Positions 35,440 to 43,954 of a stretch of 64,000 nt of DNA are shown here, piece after piece. Each line of letters begins with the position of its first letter. Within the stretch, counting starts at the first letter, position 1. The stretch lies in the IMG/VR virus record IMGVR_UViG_3300036828_000389, positions 1 through 64,000 of that record. One strand, given 5' to 3'. This DNA is from a virus. A program made the translations under genes and the position numbers. The notes under the pieces were generated by a model that worked only from the letters and a program-made list of their open reading frames with translations, ran no database searches and was not told where the DNA came from.

Positions 35440-36337
35440 ACCGTTGACAGTCTGGGCACCCATCGAAGGGGCATCGGGGGATCTTGCCACCGTCCAGAGC
35501 AGAGCAGATGGCACGGCACTGATCCAGCCGATCTGAGATGCGCTCCTCCTCGTAATGCACGACCATCTCCTTGACCCGCTGGTTCCACTTGCACTCGTAC
35601 AGGTAGATGAAGGTCTCCGGCGCTCCCAGGTAGCTGTAGAAGTGCCCCTGGCGGATGTGGGAGGGGAACGGGATGCGGATGGCGCTCCACAGGGCGTCGA
35701 GGTCGATGAAGGTGCGATCCTTGCCGTTGAGCCGGACCTTGTAGGTGTGTTCCTCCAGCAGCCGGGGGTTCTCAAACCGCAGGGTGTTGATGCCCACGGA
35801 CTTGATCTCGATACCGGCCTGGTCCCCGTCGAGCCCGTCGGCGTGCCCGGCCATACGGAGGTGCTGGTTGTAGAGCGGCACCTCGTCAAAGCGAAGGAAG
35901 CTGCGGTCAGCCTGGCACTCCTCGCACTTCTCCGGTGCGGTACCCATCCAGGCTGAGTGACAGCTGGTGCAATAGAATTGCCCCCTGAGGCGGCCCAGAT
36001 CCCAGATCCGGCTCTGCCATTTACGGTGGATCTCCTTGCCCTCATCGAAGATCATCTGCATCTGCCAGTGGGTGATCGGCGCCTCACTGGCGGGGCGGTA
36101 CCCGGCTAGTTCGTAGTAGTTAGCTCGCGGGCACCAGTCGTTGTGGGAGACCCGGGAGGGATGCAGTACACCGCTCCTGGGCCCGTCGTCGTAGGACGGC
36201 TGCAACAAGAGCCTTTGAATGTCCCCAAGGAGCCGGGTCTCTTGCTTGGACGTTTCCAGCAACGCCCGCAGGTTGGGATCGATCAGCGGCGGCCTGAGAG
36301 ATCGCGATGATCTTGCCGGTGGCGAGGGCATCTTCAC
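35378..36337 (-). CDS. Cas4-like PD-(D/E)XK exonuclease
   Basis: HPS...WCPR; GKEIH; GHADG...IEIKS; Q..FY; C-terminal Cys cluster. Confidence 0.85.
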   Translation of the reverse strand: MKMPSPPARSSRSLRPPLIDPNLRALLETSKQETRLLGDIQRLLLQPSYDDGPRSGVLHPSRVSHNDWCPRANYYELAGYRPASEAPITHWQMQMIFDEGKEIHRKWQSRIWDLGRLRGQFYCTSCHSAWMGTAPEKCEECQADRSFLRFDEVPLYNQHLRMAGHADGLDGDQAGIEIKSVGINTLRFENPRLLEEHTYKVRLNGKDRTFIDLDALWSAIRIPFPSHIRQGHFYSYLGAPETFIYLYECKWNQRVKEMVVHYEEERISDRLDQCRAICSALDGGKIPRCPFDGCPDCQRYEESPQPQRRILRRPSTSAS

Positions 36338-36641
36338 GACGGCGTTGCCGCTTGATCCGGCGTCTTTCTCTTTCGCTTGATCCCCCCCAGACGCCCCACT
36401 TCTCGCCGTTGGCGAGGGCGTACTCTAGGCACTCGGTCAGGACCGGGCACGCTCCGGGGTGGTCCGGGTGGGTTCCCAGGCAGACGGCCTTGGCTTCCTG
36501 CACCTGACCGTTGTGCTGGTGATCGGCGTAGAAGAGGTTCCCCGTGTCGAATGCGTTGACGCCCAAGCACTTTGCCCTGTCGAACCACTCCGGCCGGGCC
36601 CGTTCGTGGACCGGCGGCAGCACCAGATCCACGTCCACCAT
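36120..36641 (-). CDS. whiB: WhiB-family transcription factor (overlapping)
   Basis: W..RAKC...FY...AKAVC-(10 aa)-CPVLTEC...WGVWGG..ERER. Confidence 0.85.
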   Translation of the reverse strand: MVDVDLVLPPVHERARPEWFDRAKCLGVNAFDTGNLFYADHQHNGQVQEAKAVCLGTHPDHPGACPVLTECLEYALANGEKWGVWGGSSERERRRIKRQRRREDALATGKIIAISQAAADRSQPAGVAGNVQARDPAPWGHSKALVAAVLRRRAQERCTASLPGLPQRLVPAS

Positions 36642-36942
36642 CAGCCAGTTGGAAGTACTCCCGTTCTGGGAGTACGACAAAGTCTCGGCCTCCCAGCTGA
36701 AATCCGAGAACAGGGCGGCGAGACTCTGCCAGGGCGTGCCGCTCCAGGTCGATGAGGTCGTCAAGTTGGAGCGTAATTGAGCTTCGGTTATCGGTGCGCT
36801 TGAACTCGATAAGTTCAGAATCGGTGCGACCGTCGTTGCGACGGTCCCAACGCGCTCCCGAACGAGGATTACACGCCCCGTCGAACCGCTCCATTCCTTC
36901 CCGCTCCTGCTGCCGCGACAACAGAAGGCGCCGATCCCTCAC
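36334..36942 (-). CDS. PD-(D/E)XK Holliday junction resolvase-like nuclease (C-terminal half overlaps whiB)
   Basis: QE...SGA...ND...LIEFKRT...RRPVLGF in the first ~100 aa; GTGA overlaps at both ends. Confidence 0.7.
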   Translation of the reverse strand: MRDRRLLLSRQQEREGMERFDGACNPRSGARWDRRNDGRTDSELIEFKRTDNRSSITLQLDDLIDLERHALAESRRPVLGFQLGGRDFVVLPEREYFQLADGGRGSGAAAGPRTGPAGVVRQGKVLGRQRIRHGEPLLRRSPAQRSGAGSQGRLPGNPPGPPRSVPGPDRVPRVRPRQRREVGRLGGIKRKRKTPDQAATPS

Positions 36943-38039
36943 GCTCGTCGGAGGCGTCGGCCGGAGGCAGGAGGACTGACCTCAGGGCGGCGTCCCTTAG
37001 TAACTACGTCCATGACAGCATCCTGCAAGGTCTGCCTCAGAGTCAAGTCCCATCTGACCTGCTCTTCCAGGGCCGTCCGGCCATGCCAGGACTCGTCCCC
37101 GTGGTAGTAATAGGCGCCCTTGGTGGTGATCACATCGTAATAGATAGCCAAGTTAAGTATCTCCTTGGCCGGATCATACGAGCCGGGTGAGACACCCACC
37201 TCGTTGTGGTCGAAGTAGAAGTCGAAGGCTGCCACGCGCTCGGGTGGGAACCCCTTGTTCTTCTTGATCAGGCACTTGATGGAGAGCCCGACCTTGCGCT
37301 GGTTTCGCTTTTCGCCCTCTGTGAGCCATTCGTCCCGCTTTAGCTCCACTCGCGTGAAGTACCAGTAGTTCTTGGCCCTCCCACCAGGAGTTACGCGAGG
37401 ATCGCCCCAGGTCAGGCCGATCTTCTCCCGCCACTGGTTGACCATGAAGCAAGTCACCGGCCGGTCGGTCTCCACCATGGACCGCTTCATAGCGGTGTAC
37501 GCCTTGCGGAAGAACTTGCCCAGGAGCCGCGCTGCCAGACCCACCTGGGTGTCGTCCATGGAGCCCTCCGACTCGCTGACGGGGCTGAGGGCGGGCAGGC
37601 TGTCGATCACCAGGGCGTCGACCGTGCGGCTCTCCAGCACCCGGACGGCGGCGTTGGTGGCCTCCTCCAGGACGTTGGTCTGCATGACCACGATGCGGTC
37701 GGTGTCGCAGCCAAGCTCGCGGGCCCAGCTGGGCACGAAGTCCTCCGCGGCGATCCAGAAGACCGTCCAGTTGGGGTCGGTGGCCTGGTGGGCGGCGATG
37801 GTCTTCAGGATGATGGTGGTCTTCCCGCTGGACTCGTCCCCGTAGATCTCATGCCAGCTGTTCACCGTCCAGCCGCCACCCAGGGCCACGTCGAGGGCCA
37901 GGGAGCCGGAGGAGATCCTGGGGATCTCGGAGAACCGGATCTGGCTGCCCAGCACCACGGTCTCGGGCCCGTACTCCTTGTTGATCTCGTCTATGACGGC
38001 GCCGATCTGGCTCTTGGGGTCCGCCTTCTTGGTTGGCAT
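36939..38039 (-). CDS. recA: RecA-family recombinase
   Basis: SSGSLALDVALGGG, GDESSGKT, LVIDS, NQWREKIG, TPGGRA; start MPTKKA after GAGGAG. Confidence 0.93.
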   Translation of the reverse strand: MPTKKADPKSQIGAVIDEINKEYGPETVVLGSQIRFSEIPRISSGSLALDVALGGGWTVNSWHEIYGDESSGKTTIILKTIAAHQATDPNWTVFWIAAEDFVPSWARELGCDTDRIVVMQTNVLEEATNAAVRVLESRTVDALVIDSLPALSPVSESEGSMDDTQVGLAARLLGKFFRKAYTAMKRSMVETDRPVTCFMVNQWREKIGLTWGDPRVTPGGRAKNYWYFTRVELKRDEWLTEGEKRNQRKVGLSIKCLIKKNKGFPPERVAAFDFYFDHNEVGVSPGSYDPAKEILNLAIYYDVITTKGAYYYHGDESWHGRTALEEQVRWDLTLRQTLQDAVMDVVTKGRRPEVSPPASGRRLRRA

Positions 38040-38581
38040 CACTCTCCTCGTCGGTCGTGGAAGATGTCGCGCCATGCGCTGATCTCGTTTTCGCCCTCCT
38101 CAGGACTCCAGCGCATGGCGTCCGGACTATCCAGTTCGGCGGGTGGAGCGTGTACCGGTCTGGCAGGGCCCCATCCGCGCCCCGGGGTCCAGGCCGCGGG
38201 GGCACCCTCAGTGACACGACGGAGCGCTCGGGCACTGGGGCTTCGGTACTGATCGAACCCTCGTTCGCTGGCCTGCTCGGCTCTGGCTCGATATGTGTTA
38301 CGGGGAGTTAGCTCACCCCGGGCGATGACGCCCATGTTGCCCTCCGCATCTCGCACGGTGGTAAATCGCCGGGACCAGCCCCTCACCCCGGAGTTCATCT
38401 GCCGGTTGTGTTCACTCAGCTGCTGGACCGGAGATCCCGGTGGGATGCGGGTACGGCCCATGCCGACGACATCAGGGGAGTAGTCGTGGCTGTGCCGGAA
38501 GGGCCGGGCTAGTTCGTTCTGAAGCCGCTCCGCGGTCTCTTCCCGGGCGGTACGCGGTCTGCGTCGGGGCTCGTCAGGCAC
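38039..38581 (-). CDS. Arg-rich protein with shared C-terminal tag (copy 1)
   Basis: GGAGGAG SD; ends DAMRWSPEEGENEISAWRDIFHDRRGE. Confidence 0.75.
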   Translation of the reverse strand: MPDEPRRRPRTAREETAERLQNELARPFRHSHDYSPDVVGMGRTRIPPGSPVQQLSEHNRQMNSGVRGWSRRFTTVRDAEGNMGVIARGELTPRNTYRARAEQASERGFDQYRSPSARALRRVTEGAPAAWTPGRGWGPARPVHAPPAELDSPDAMRWSPEEGENEISAWRDIFHDRRGE

Positions 38582-38906
38582 CTCTCCTCCGATCATGAAA
38601 GATGTCGCCCCAGGCACCGATCTCATGCTCCCCAGCTGCGGGGCTCCAGGACATGGCATCGCCTGGGTCGGGCTCGGCAGGCAGGTTCCACCGCATGGGA
38701 TCGCGGCCCGGGTGGCCGTGAGCGGTCTCCATGTAGGTGTCCATGCCCAGCCGGTCACTGGCTACATACTCGGGATCGTGTTGCAGGTCGTGGATCATCT
38801 CGGCGTAGCCCCGGGAGACACGGAAGGCGGGGTTGGTCGAGCGGGGCGGCTTGTACCCGTGCATCTCACCCAGATGCGCCAGCAGATCCTTCTTGTTCCT
38901 AGCCAC
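38574..38906 (-). CDS. His-motif protein with shared C-terminal tag (copy 2)
   Basis: ends DAMSWSPAAGEHEIGAWGDIFHDRRRGA. Confidence 0.75.
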   Translation of the reverse strand: MARNKKDLLAHLGEMHGYKPPRSTNPAFRVSRGYAEMIHDLQHDPEYVASDRLGMDTYMETAHGHPGRDPMRWNLPAEPDPGDAMSWSPAAGEHEIGAWGDIFHDRRRGA

Positions 38907-38909
38907 GGT

Positions 38910-39152
38910 TCATTTCTTCTTGGCGGGCTTGCTCACCTGGATGCTGGGGTACTTCTTCGACACCCTGGACCGGACAGAGGACTTCTCAGCTGAGGTGCCG
39001 TGCTGGCTCACCCGGGAGAGGGCGTTGGCGGCCCGCTTCTTGGTGTCGATGGGGTAGTTGCCGGGCTCCCCCTTCTCCTTGCCCTTGGCCTTGGACGGGA
39101 CGCCGAAGTCGCTCTTGGGCAGGCTCTCACGCTTCGCCTTGCTGATCGCCAC
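38910..39152 (-). CDS. small Lys-rich protein
   Basis: R.SLPKSDFG.P...YPID...AANALSRV, a motif familiar from phage head-region proteins. Confidence 0.8.
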   Translation of the reverse strand: MAISKAKRESLPKSDFGVPSKAKGKEKGEPGNYPIDTKKRAANALSRVSQHGTSAEKSSVRSRVSKKYPSIQVSKPAKKK

Positions 39153-39286
39153 TACTTCCCCCTGCTGGTCTTCTTGGCTGCCTTCTTCGCCGGGGCCTTC
39201 TTGGCCTTGTCGTCCTTGTCGTCATCCTTTTGGCCGAACGGCTTGGCCTGCTTGCCCCCGAACGGATCCTTCTTCGTGGTTGCCAT
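39152..39286 (-). CDS. 44-aa Lys/Ala-rich peptide (not in ORF track)
   Basis: MATTKKDPFGGKQAKPFGQKDDDKDDKAKKAPAKKAAKKTSRGK; GAGG SD. Confidence 0.7.
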   Translation of the reverse strand: MATTKKDPFGGKQAKPFGQKDDDKDDKAKKAPAKKAAKKTSRGK

Positions 39287-39679
39287 CTATTCCTCTCTTC
39301 TGTCGTGAAAGACTGACTGCCACTCTCCCATTTCCTTCTCACCGGCCTCAGGGCTCCAGCGAGCCGCATCGCTACCCGACTCCGTCCATCGACGCTGACG
39401 GCCGACGGTGGGGTCATGTCCGCCCGGGTCGTGCCCCATCAAGTCGGTGTACTCCTGACGGTTGGCCCGGTGCCGCCAGAGCCCGTAGCGGATGGTCTGG
39501 CGCCGGATGGCTGGGGTCCAGGACTCGCCCTGCTTCCCACTAGCCGCTTGGTCGATAGCTCCCTGGATCTTTTCATGGACTTCGGCATCGGGTGTGCCGA
39601 CGTGGGTGCGCCCCAGCATGCGGTCGATTGATCTGGTGGGGACCAGGGGGTCCACCTGGGGCTTACGTGGCTTTGCCAC
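39287..39679 (-). CDS. protein with shared C-terminal tag (copy 3)
   Basis: ends DAARWSPEAGEKEMGEWQSVFHDRREE. Confidence 0.75.
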   Translation of the reverse strand: MAKPRKPQVDPLVPTRSIDRMLGRTHVGTPDAEVHEKIQGAIDQAASGKQGESWTPAIRRQTIRYGLWRHRANRQEYTDLMGHDPGGHDPTVGRQRRWTESGSDAARWSPEAGEKEMGEWQSVFHDRREE

Positions 39680-39872
39680 GCTTGGGCTGGGGTTCGCGCC
39701 CGGTCTCCCGGGTCTTGGCGGCCTTCTTGGCCATTTGGCTACGTCGCTTGGGGCCCTGGGCGGATGCGTTGGAGATGGCGGCAGCCTTGGACTTGGAGTA
39801 GCCCTCGTCCTTTAAATCCTCGTACAACTTTGGCCGTTTAATGCTGGGCCCAGGATCTTTACCGCCCGGCAT
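39663..39872 (-). CDS. small basic protein (DUF7218-like)
   Basis: GPSIK.P.LYE.L..EG.SK.KAA.ISNA; AGGAGG SD. Confidence 0.75.
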   Translation of the reverse strand: MPGGKDPGPSIKRPKLYEDLKDEGYSKSKAAAISNASAQGPKRRSQMAKKAAKTRETGREPQPKRGKAT

Positions 39873-40182
39873 GATTCCTCCTAAGGATGATTCGTCTAGG
39901 GGGTGTGGCTTTCCAGACCCTTTGGCCCCGACCAGATAGTCCTTGGCGTTTTCGATCCGTTTCGATCACGAAGCCCTTACGAACCAAGGGCCGGAGCCGT
40001 GGAGATATCGTCACCTTGTCCAGGCCAGTTGCTCGGGTGATGTCGTCCAAGATGGCACCCTGCTCGCCGGTCGCTTGCACGACATCGAACACCATGTTCT
40101 CCAGGTAAGTGGCGTTGACTGACTGAGCAGCGTCAACCGCTGTCTCTATATCGCGACGCCGATACGCTCCCGGTTCGCTCAT
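39859..40182 (-). CDS. winged-helix DNA-binding protein
   Basis: GA..DDI...TISPRLRPLVRKGFV...R...SGR.Q.VW. Confidence 0.8.
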   Translation of the reverse strand: MSEPGAYRRRDIETAVDAAQSVNATYLENMVFDVVQATGEQGAILDDITRATGLDKVTISPRLRPLVRKGFVIETDRKRQGLSGRGQRVWKATPPRRIILRRNHAGR

Positions 40183-40691
40183 CTCACGTTGGCCCAGCTG
40201 AAGTCGGTGTTCCCGGCCAGGCTGGCGTCGACCTCAAAGTGCTGATCGCCCCTGGGATTGTCACTGCGAGCGAACTGGGTGGGCCCGGAGGACTTCATGC
40301 CGATGGCGTTGAGCATCCGGCCCGACTGCTCAAACAGGTCGCCGTTGTAGCCGCAATCGGTGCAGAGCGGGGCGCACTCGGCGTTGGCCCAGCGTCGACT
40401 GAAGTAGTTGCCACCACCGCACTCCGGGCAGCGACTGACCTTGCCGATGTTGCCTGGCGCCTTGGCGACGTATCCCTGGGTGTGGACCCGTTGCCAGTTA
40501 GCGTCGTCACTGCCCTCCGGCTGGACGTTACCCACCTCCTGGCGCGGACCAGTCGGAGGGTACGACTCCCGCCAGCGCACGGCTTTGGCAGGATAGGAGC
40601 CCGGTACAGGGGCAGCTGGGGGCGTCGTGACCGGTGCCTCCGGCGCTCCTGTCCGCCCCAGGTGTCGTTGCCACCAACCGTTATCACTCAT
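40179..40691 (-). CDS. Zn-ribbon protein
   Basis: CPECGGGNYF...CTDCGY. Confidence 0.75.
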   Translation of the reverse strand: MSDNGWWQRHLGRTGAPEAPVTTPPAAPVPGSYPAKAVRWRESYPPTGPRQEVGNVQPEGSDDANWQRVHTQGYVAKAPGNIGKVSRCPECGGGNYFSRRWANAECAPLCTDCGYNGDLFEQSGRMLNAIGMKSSGPTQFARSDNPRGDQHFEVDASLAGNTDFSWANVR

Positions 40692-40697
40692 AAATCG

Positions 40698-42935
40698 TCA
40701 CTTACACTCGGCCCAGTTGTTTCCAACACTGATATTTGCGATCAGAGGTATGTCGAGGACCGGGTGGCCATCCAGCCGGACATCCTCCATAGCCTCACGC
40801 ACCAAGGGTAAAGCCTGGTCGACCACGTCTTCGGCACACTCGATGACGAACTCATCGTGGATCTGGAGAACCAGGTGGGCGTCGAGCCCGGCCAGGGCCC
40901 GGTGTACCTGGACAAGTCCGATCTTGGCTATGTCCGCGGCCGTGCCCTGGATGGGGTGATTGACGGCCTGGCGCTCGCTGTAGAACTTGAGTCCGTTATC
41001 GGAGGAGTTGATCTCTGGCAGCCGCCGTTTGCGGCCATATAAGGTCTCGACGTAGCCATTCGACCGGCAGAACCGCTTGACCGAATAGCCCCAGCGCTTG
41101 ACCCCTGGGTAGGCCCGGTGCCAGGCTTCCCAGACGGCTTCAGCCTCTCGCTCAGAGATGCCGGACATCTCCATGACCCGGCCGGGGCCGCCCTCAAAGG
41201 CGAAGTTGAAGTTGCTGTTCTTGGCGATGGCCCGCTGCTCGCCGGAGACCTGGGTCTCGGGGATCCCCCAGATCAGAGCGGCGGTCTGGAGGTGCAAGTC
41301 CAGGTCATGGGTGTAGGCGTAGAGCAGGCGCGGGTCTCGGGTCTGGTAGGCCAGGATCCGTAGCTCGATCTGGGAGTAGTCGGCCACGATCAGCCTCTTG
41401 CCCGGTGGGGCCACGAACAGCTGGCGGATCATGGTGGCCTCAAAGCTCTCCTTGTGGCGCGCCGGGATGTTCTGGAGGTTCGGACCGCTACAGCTGAGCC
41501 GCCCGGTCTTGGCCACGGCCTGGTTGAAGCTGGCCCGGATGCGGGCGTCCTCACCGATGTGAGGCATGAACCCGACCACGTAGGTGGACAGCAGCTTGTT
41601 CACGTCCTTGTACTCCAGGAGCCGCCTGGGTTCCTTGTGGCGTCTTGCCAGGCTCTTGAGAGCGGGAGCCGCGGTGGAACGCTGGCCCGTATCAGTCAGG
41701 ACGGTGCAGCGCAGGGGAGGGTCCAGTTCGTCATAGAGCCACTTGCCCAGCTGCTGGGTGCTGTTCAGGTTGATCTCATGGCCCACCATGGACCGGATGT
41801 CGTCACCGATCTCGGTCAGCTGGGCCTCCAGCTGGGGTCGCAGGATTCCGAATCCCGTGACATCAACATGGGCTCCCTGCTGACGCATGTCGAGCAGTAC
41901 CCGGAGTACATCCATCTCCAGGTCGAAAAGACTGGCCAGCTTCGGCTTCTTCTTCAGGACGCGATGGATTTTCCACCACAGCATCCAGGCCATCTTGGCG
42001 TCGGTGATCGAGTACCTCATGGCCCGCCGCCACTCGACGTTGTACGCCTCCTCACCCAACTTCTCGACGTAGGTGAATCCGATGTAGGTCTGGGCCAGAG
42101 CCCCCAACTTGTAGCTATCCAGGTTCTCGTTGAGTAGGAACACCATCATCATCACGTCGGCGTAGGGCGGCGGCGGGATTTCGCCGTAATACTTGGCGAT
42201 GGATAGCAGGTCGAAGGCCACGTTCTGATTGATCTTGCGCCGGTCGGAGAAGAACAGCGGCTTCAGGGCGGCTAAGACTTCGGTGCGGTCCAGCTGACGG
42301 CGTTTGTCGGGATGTCCCATGGGTATGACGTGCGACACGCCCGGACCCGCGAGGGATAGGCACCAGACTTTGTTGGTCCGGGTGTCCAGGGCCGGTTTAT
42401 CCTTATCAGCTGCCTTCCGGCAGAGATCAGAGCAGTAGGCGCGGCGCTTGGAAGGGATGGGTAGGCCACAGGCCAGGCAGGGAGTGGTCCCCTCCCGGTG
42501 CCTCGTCAGCACCTTGCGACCGGATTGCAGCATGCGGACCGGTCGGTCCCCACGGGTCTCGACATCGAAGGCGAACTCCGAAAAAGCCGAGTAGACGCTG
42601 ACGACTTCTTCTAGCTCATCCCTGGTGGTGATGGTCTTAACGGGACTGACGTTCTGATCAGTCTGGCGCAGCACCCAGGATTCAAACTGCTCGTAACCGG
42701 CGACGTGGCCAGGCGGCTGAGGGCTGCCCAGCCGCCTCCACGTCTTCTCCACCTTCGTGGAATACTCGATGTCGGCGTCAGTGAATTTGCGGCCGCCATG
42801 GGTGCCATCGGTCTTCTCGGTGCGATGTGCTTCCTCATGGTCAGCGTCGAGGGCGCACAGCCAGGTGCCCCGGTAGTCCCAGCGACCGTCCTTCTCCTTG
42901 CGGGGTTCCCTGCGCCGGGCAGGGCATTTGGCCAC
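40698..42935 (-). CDS. family A DNA polymerase with 3'-5' exonuclease
   Basis: ExoI FDVET, ExoII NVAFDL, ExoIII YSITDA, TGRLS..PNLQNIP, motif A DYSQIELR, motif C IHDE. Confidence 0.95.
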   Translation of the reverse strand: MAKCPARRREPRKEKDGRWDYRGTWLCALDADHEEAHRTEKTDGTHGGRKFTDADIEYSTKVEKTWRRLGSPQPPGHVAGYEQFESWVLRQTDQNVSPVKTITTRDELEEVVSVYSAFSEFAFDVETRGDRPVRMLQSGRKVLTRHREGTTPCLACGLPIPSKRRAYCSDLCRKAADKDKPALDTRTNKVWCLSLAGPGVSHVIPMGHPDKRRQLDRTEVLAALKPLFFSDRRKINQNVAFDLLSIAKYYGEIPPPPYADVMMMVFLLNENLDSYKLGALAQTYIGFTYVEKLGEEAYNVEWRRAMRYSITDAKMAWMLWWKIHRVLKKKPKLASLFDLEMDVLRVLLDMRQQGAHVDVTGFGILRPQLEAQLTEIGDDIRSMVGHEINLNSTQQLGKWLYDELDPPLRCTVLTDTGQRSTAAPALKSLARRHKEPRRLLEYKDVNKLLSTYVVGFMPHIGEDARIRASFNQAVAKTGRLSCSGPNLQNIPARHKESFEATMIRQLFVAPPGKRLIVADYSQIELRILAYQTRDPRLLYAYTHDLDLHLQTAALIWGIPETQVSGEQRAIAKNSNFNFAFEGGPGRVMEMSGISEREAEAVWEAWHRAYPGVKRWGYSVKRFCRSNGYVETLYGRKRRLPEINSSDNGLKFYSERQAVNHPIQGTAADIAKIGLVQVHRALAGLDAHLVLQIHDEFVIECAEDVVDQALPLVREAMEDVRLDGHPVLDIPLIANISVGNNWAECK

Positions 42936-42942
42936 GGGGCGC

Positions 42943-43683
42943 CTACTGGGTCGACTGGTTGGCTACGTCCTGAAGCTCGGCCCGGGTGGACTTCTCCACC
43001 GACTCCTCGTCCCAGCACTTCTGTTGCCAGGCCACGATGTCGTCGTCGGTCAGGGGCTCGACCTTCCAGTCCTCCAGCACGTCGCGCCGCTTCACCTGGT
43101 GGATCTGGGTGCGCTTGCTCTTCTTCGGGCCCTTCATGGCGATGGCCCAGTACGTCCCGGCCAGCCCCCTCTCACCAATGTCATCCTCGATGGTCTGGGC
43201 GATGGTGATGCCGGTCTCCAGGGTCTCCAGCAGCGGTGGCTCAGCTGACATATTCATGACGTTGAACCGCACTCGGGCTGAGGGATCCTGCACCTTGCAC
43301 AGCGGGCAGTCATCCGGCCGGAGGCAGACGTAGCTCATCTTCACTCCCCGGGCCACCCAGTCGGCCCAGTGCTGAAGGAAGCTGGCGTAGGGGGCATCCT
43401 CCAGGAACAAAATTAATTGCTCCTGGTCTTGTACCTTGTACATCTTCGTCCATTTACTGGGCGCCGCCGCCTTGGTGCGGTTGTAGCCACCCCAGCCGGT
43501 GGCGACGGTACCGACCTTCAGGTCGTCGTCATCGTCACCAGGACGGGCCGTCGGGTGGGGGTGAGGAGAGCGGAGGGTGGTCGATGGCTCATGCCGTCTG
43601 AGAGTCGGCCGGGCCTCTTCTTCGTATTCTTCGGCTGGCCGGGGCCGCCGTATGAGTCGTCTTCCCGTCTGTTGATCTGGCAC
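42943..43683 (-). CDS. single-stranded DNA-binding protein (gp32-like, Zn)
   Basis: FLED.PYAS..QHW...YVCL...CPLC; acidic C-terminal region; next to the polymerase. Confidence 0.7.
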   Translation of the reverse strand: MPDQQTGRRLIRRPRPAEEYEEEARPTLRRHEPSTTLRSPHPHPTARPGDDDDDLKVGTVATGWGGYNRTKAAAPSKWTKMYKVQDQEQLILFLEDAPYASFLQHWADWVARGVKMSYVCLRPDDCPLCKVQDPSARVRFNVMNMSAEPPLLETLETGITIAQTIEDDIGERGLAGTYWAIAMKGPKKSKRTQIHQVKRRDVLEDWKVEPLTDDDIVAWQQKCWDEESVEKSTRAELQDVANQSTQ

Positions 43684-43954
43684 GTTGGTCCCTTTGCACG
43701 TAGGTAGATAGGTAATTGTCAGCAAGATTGGGGTGGATCTCCGACCACCGGGTGGCATTCTCCAGTTCGGCCCGGAGCAGTGTGTCCAGCTGGCGGCTGA
43801 GGATCAGCTGCATGTGGTTCATGGTCGTGTCCAGGTCAGCCGGTCTCTTGTCGAGATCCTCGTCGCTGATCTCGGCGCCCACCTCTACCTGGACGGTCTC
43901 GTAGTCGCGGATCCGCACCAGGATCCGGAGGTGCTTCTCAAGCTTCATGTCCAT
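43589..43954 (-). CDS. hypothetical protein
   Basis: Operon position; RIRDYETVQVEVGAEI. Confidence 0.65.
   Translation of the reverse strand: MDMKLEKHLRILVRIRDYETVQVEVGAEISDEDLDKRPADLDTTMNHMQLILSRQLDTLLRAELENATRWSEIHPNLADNYLSTYVQRDQRARSTDGKTTHTAAPASRRIRRRGPADSQTA

Noticed and set aside
35378-36337. Cas4-like gene as evidence of CRISPR-Cas
   Set aside because: Solo Cas4-like nucleases are common in phage recombination modules; no array or cas1/cas2 is present.
38040-38075. RecA N-terminal extension MARHLPRPTRRV from the ORF track
   Set aside because: It is an alternate-frame reading of the upstream tag; the SD and TGATG overlap support the start at 38039.
42385-42560. Intein or intron in the DNA polymerase
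   Set aside because: The insert is only ~50 aa, in frame, and lacks intein terminal residues.
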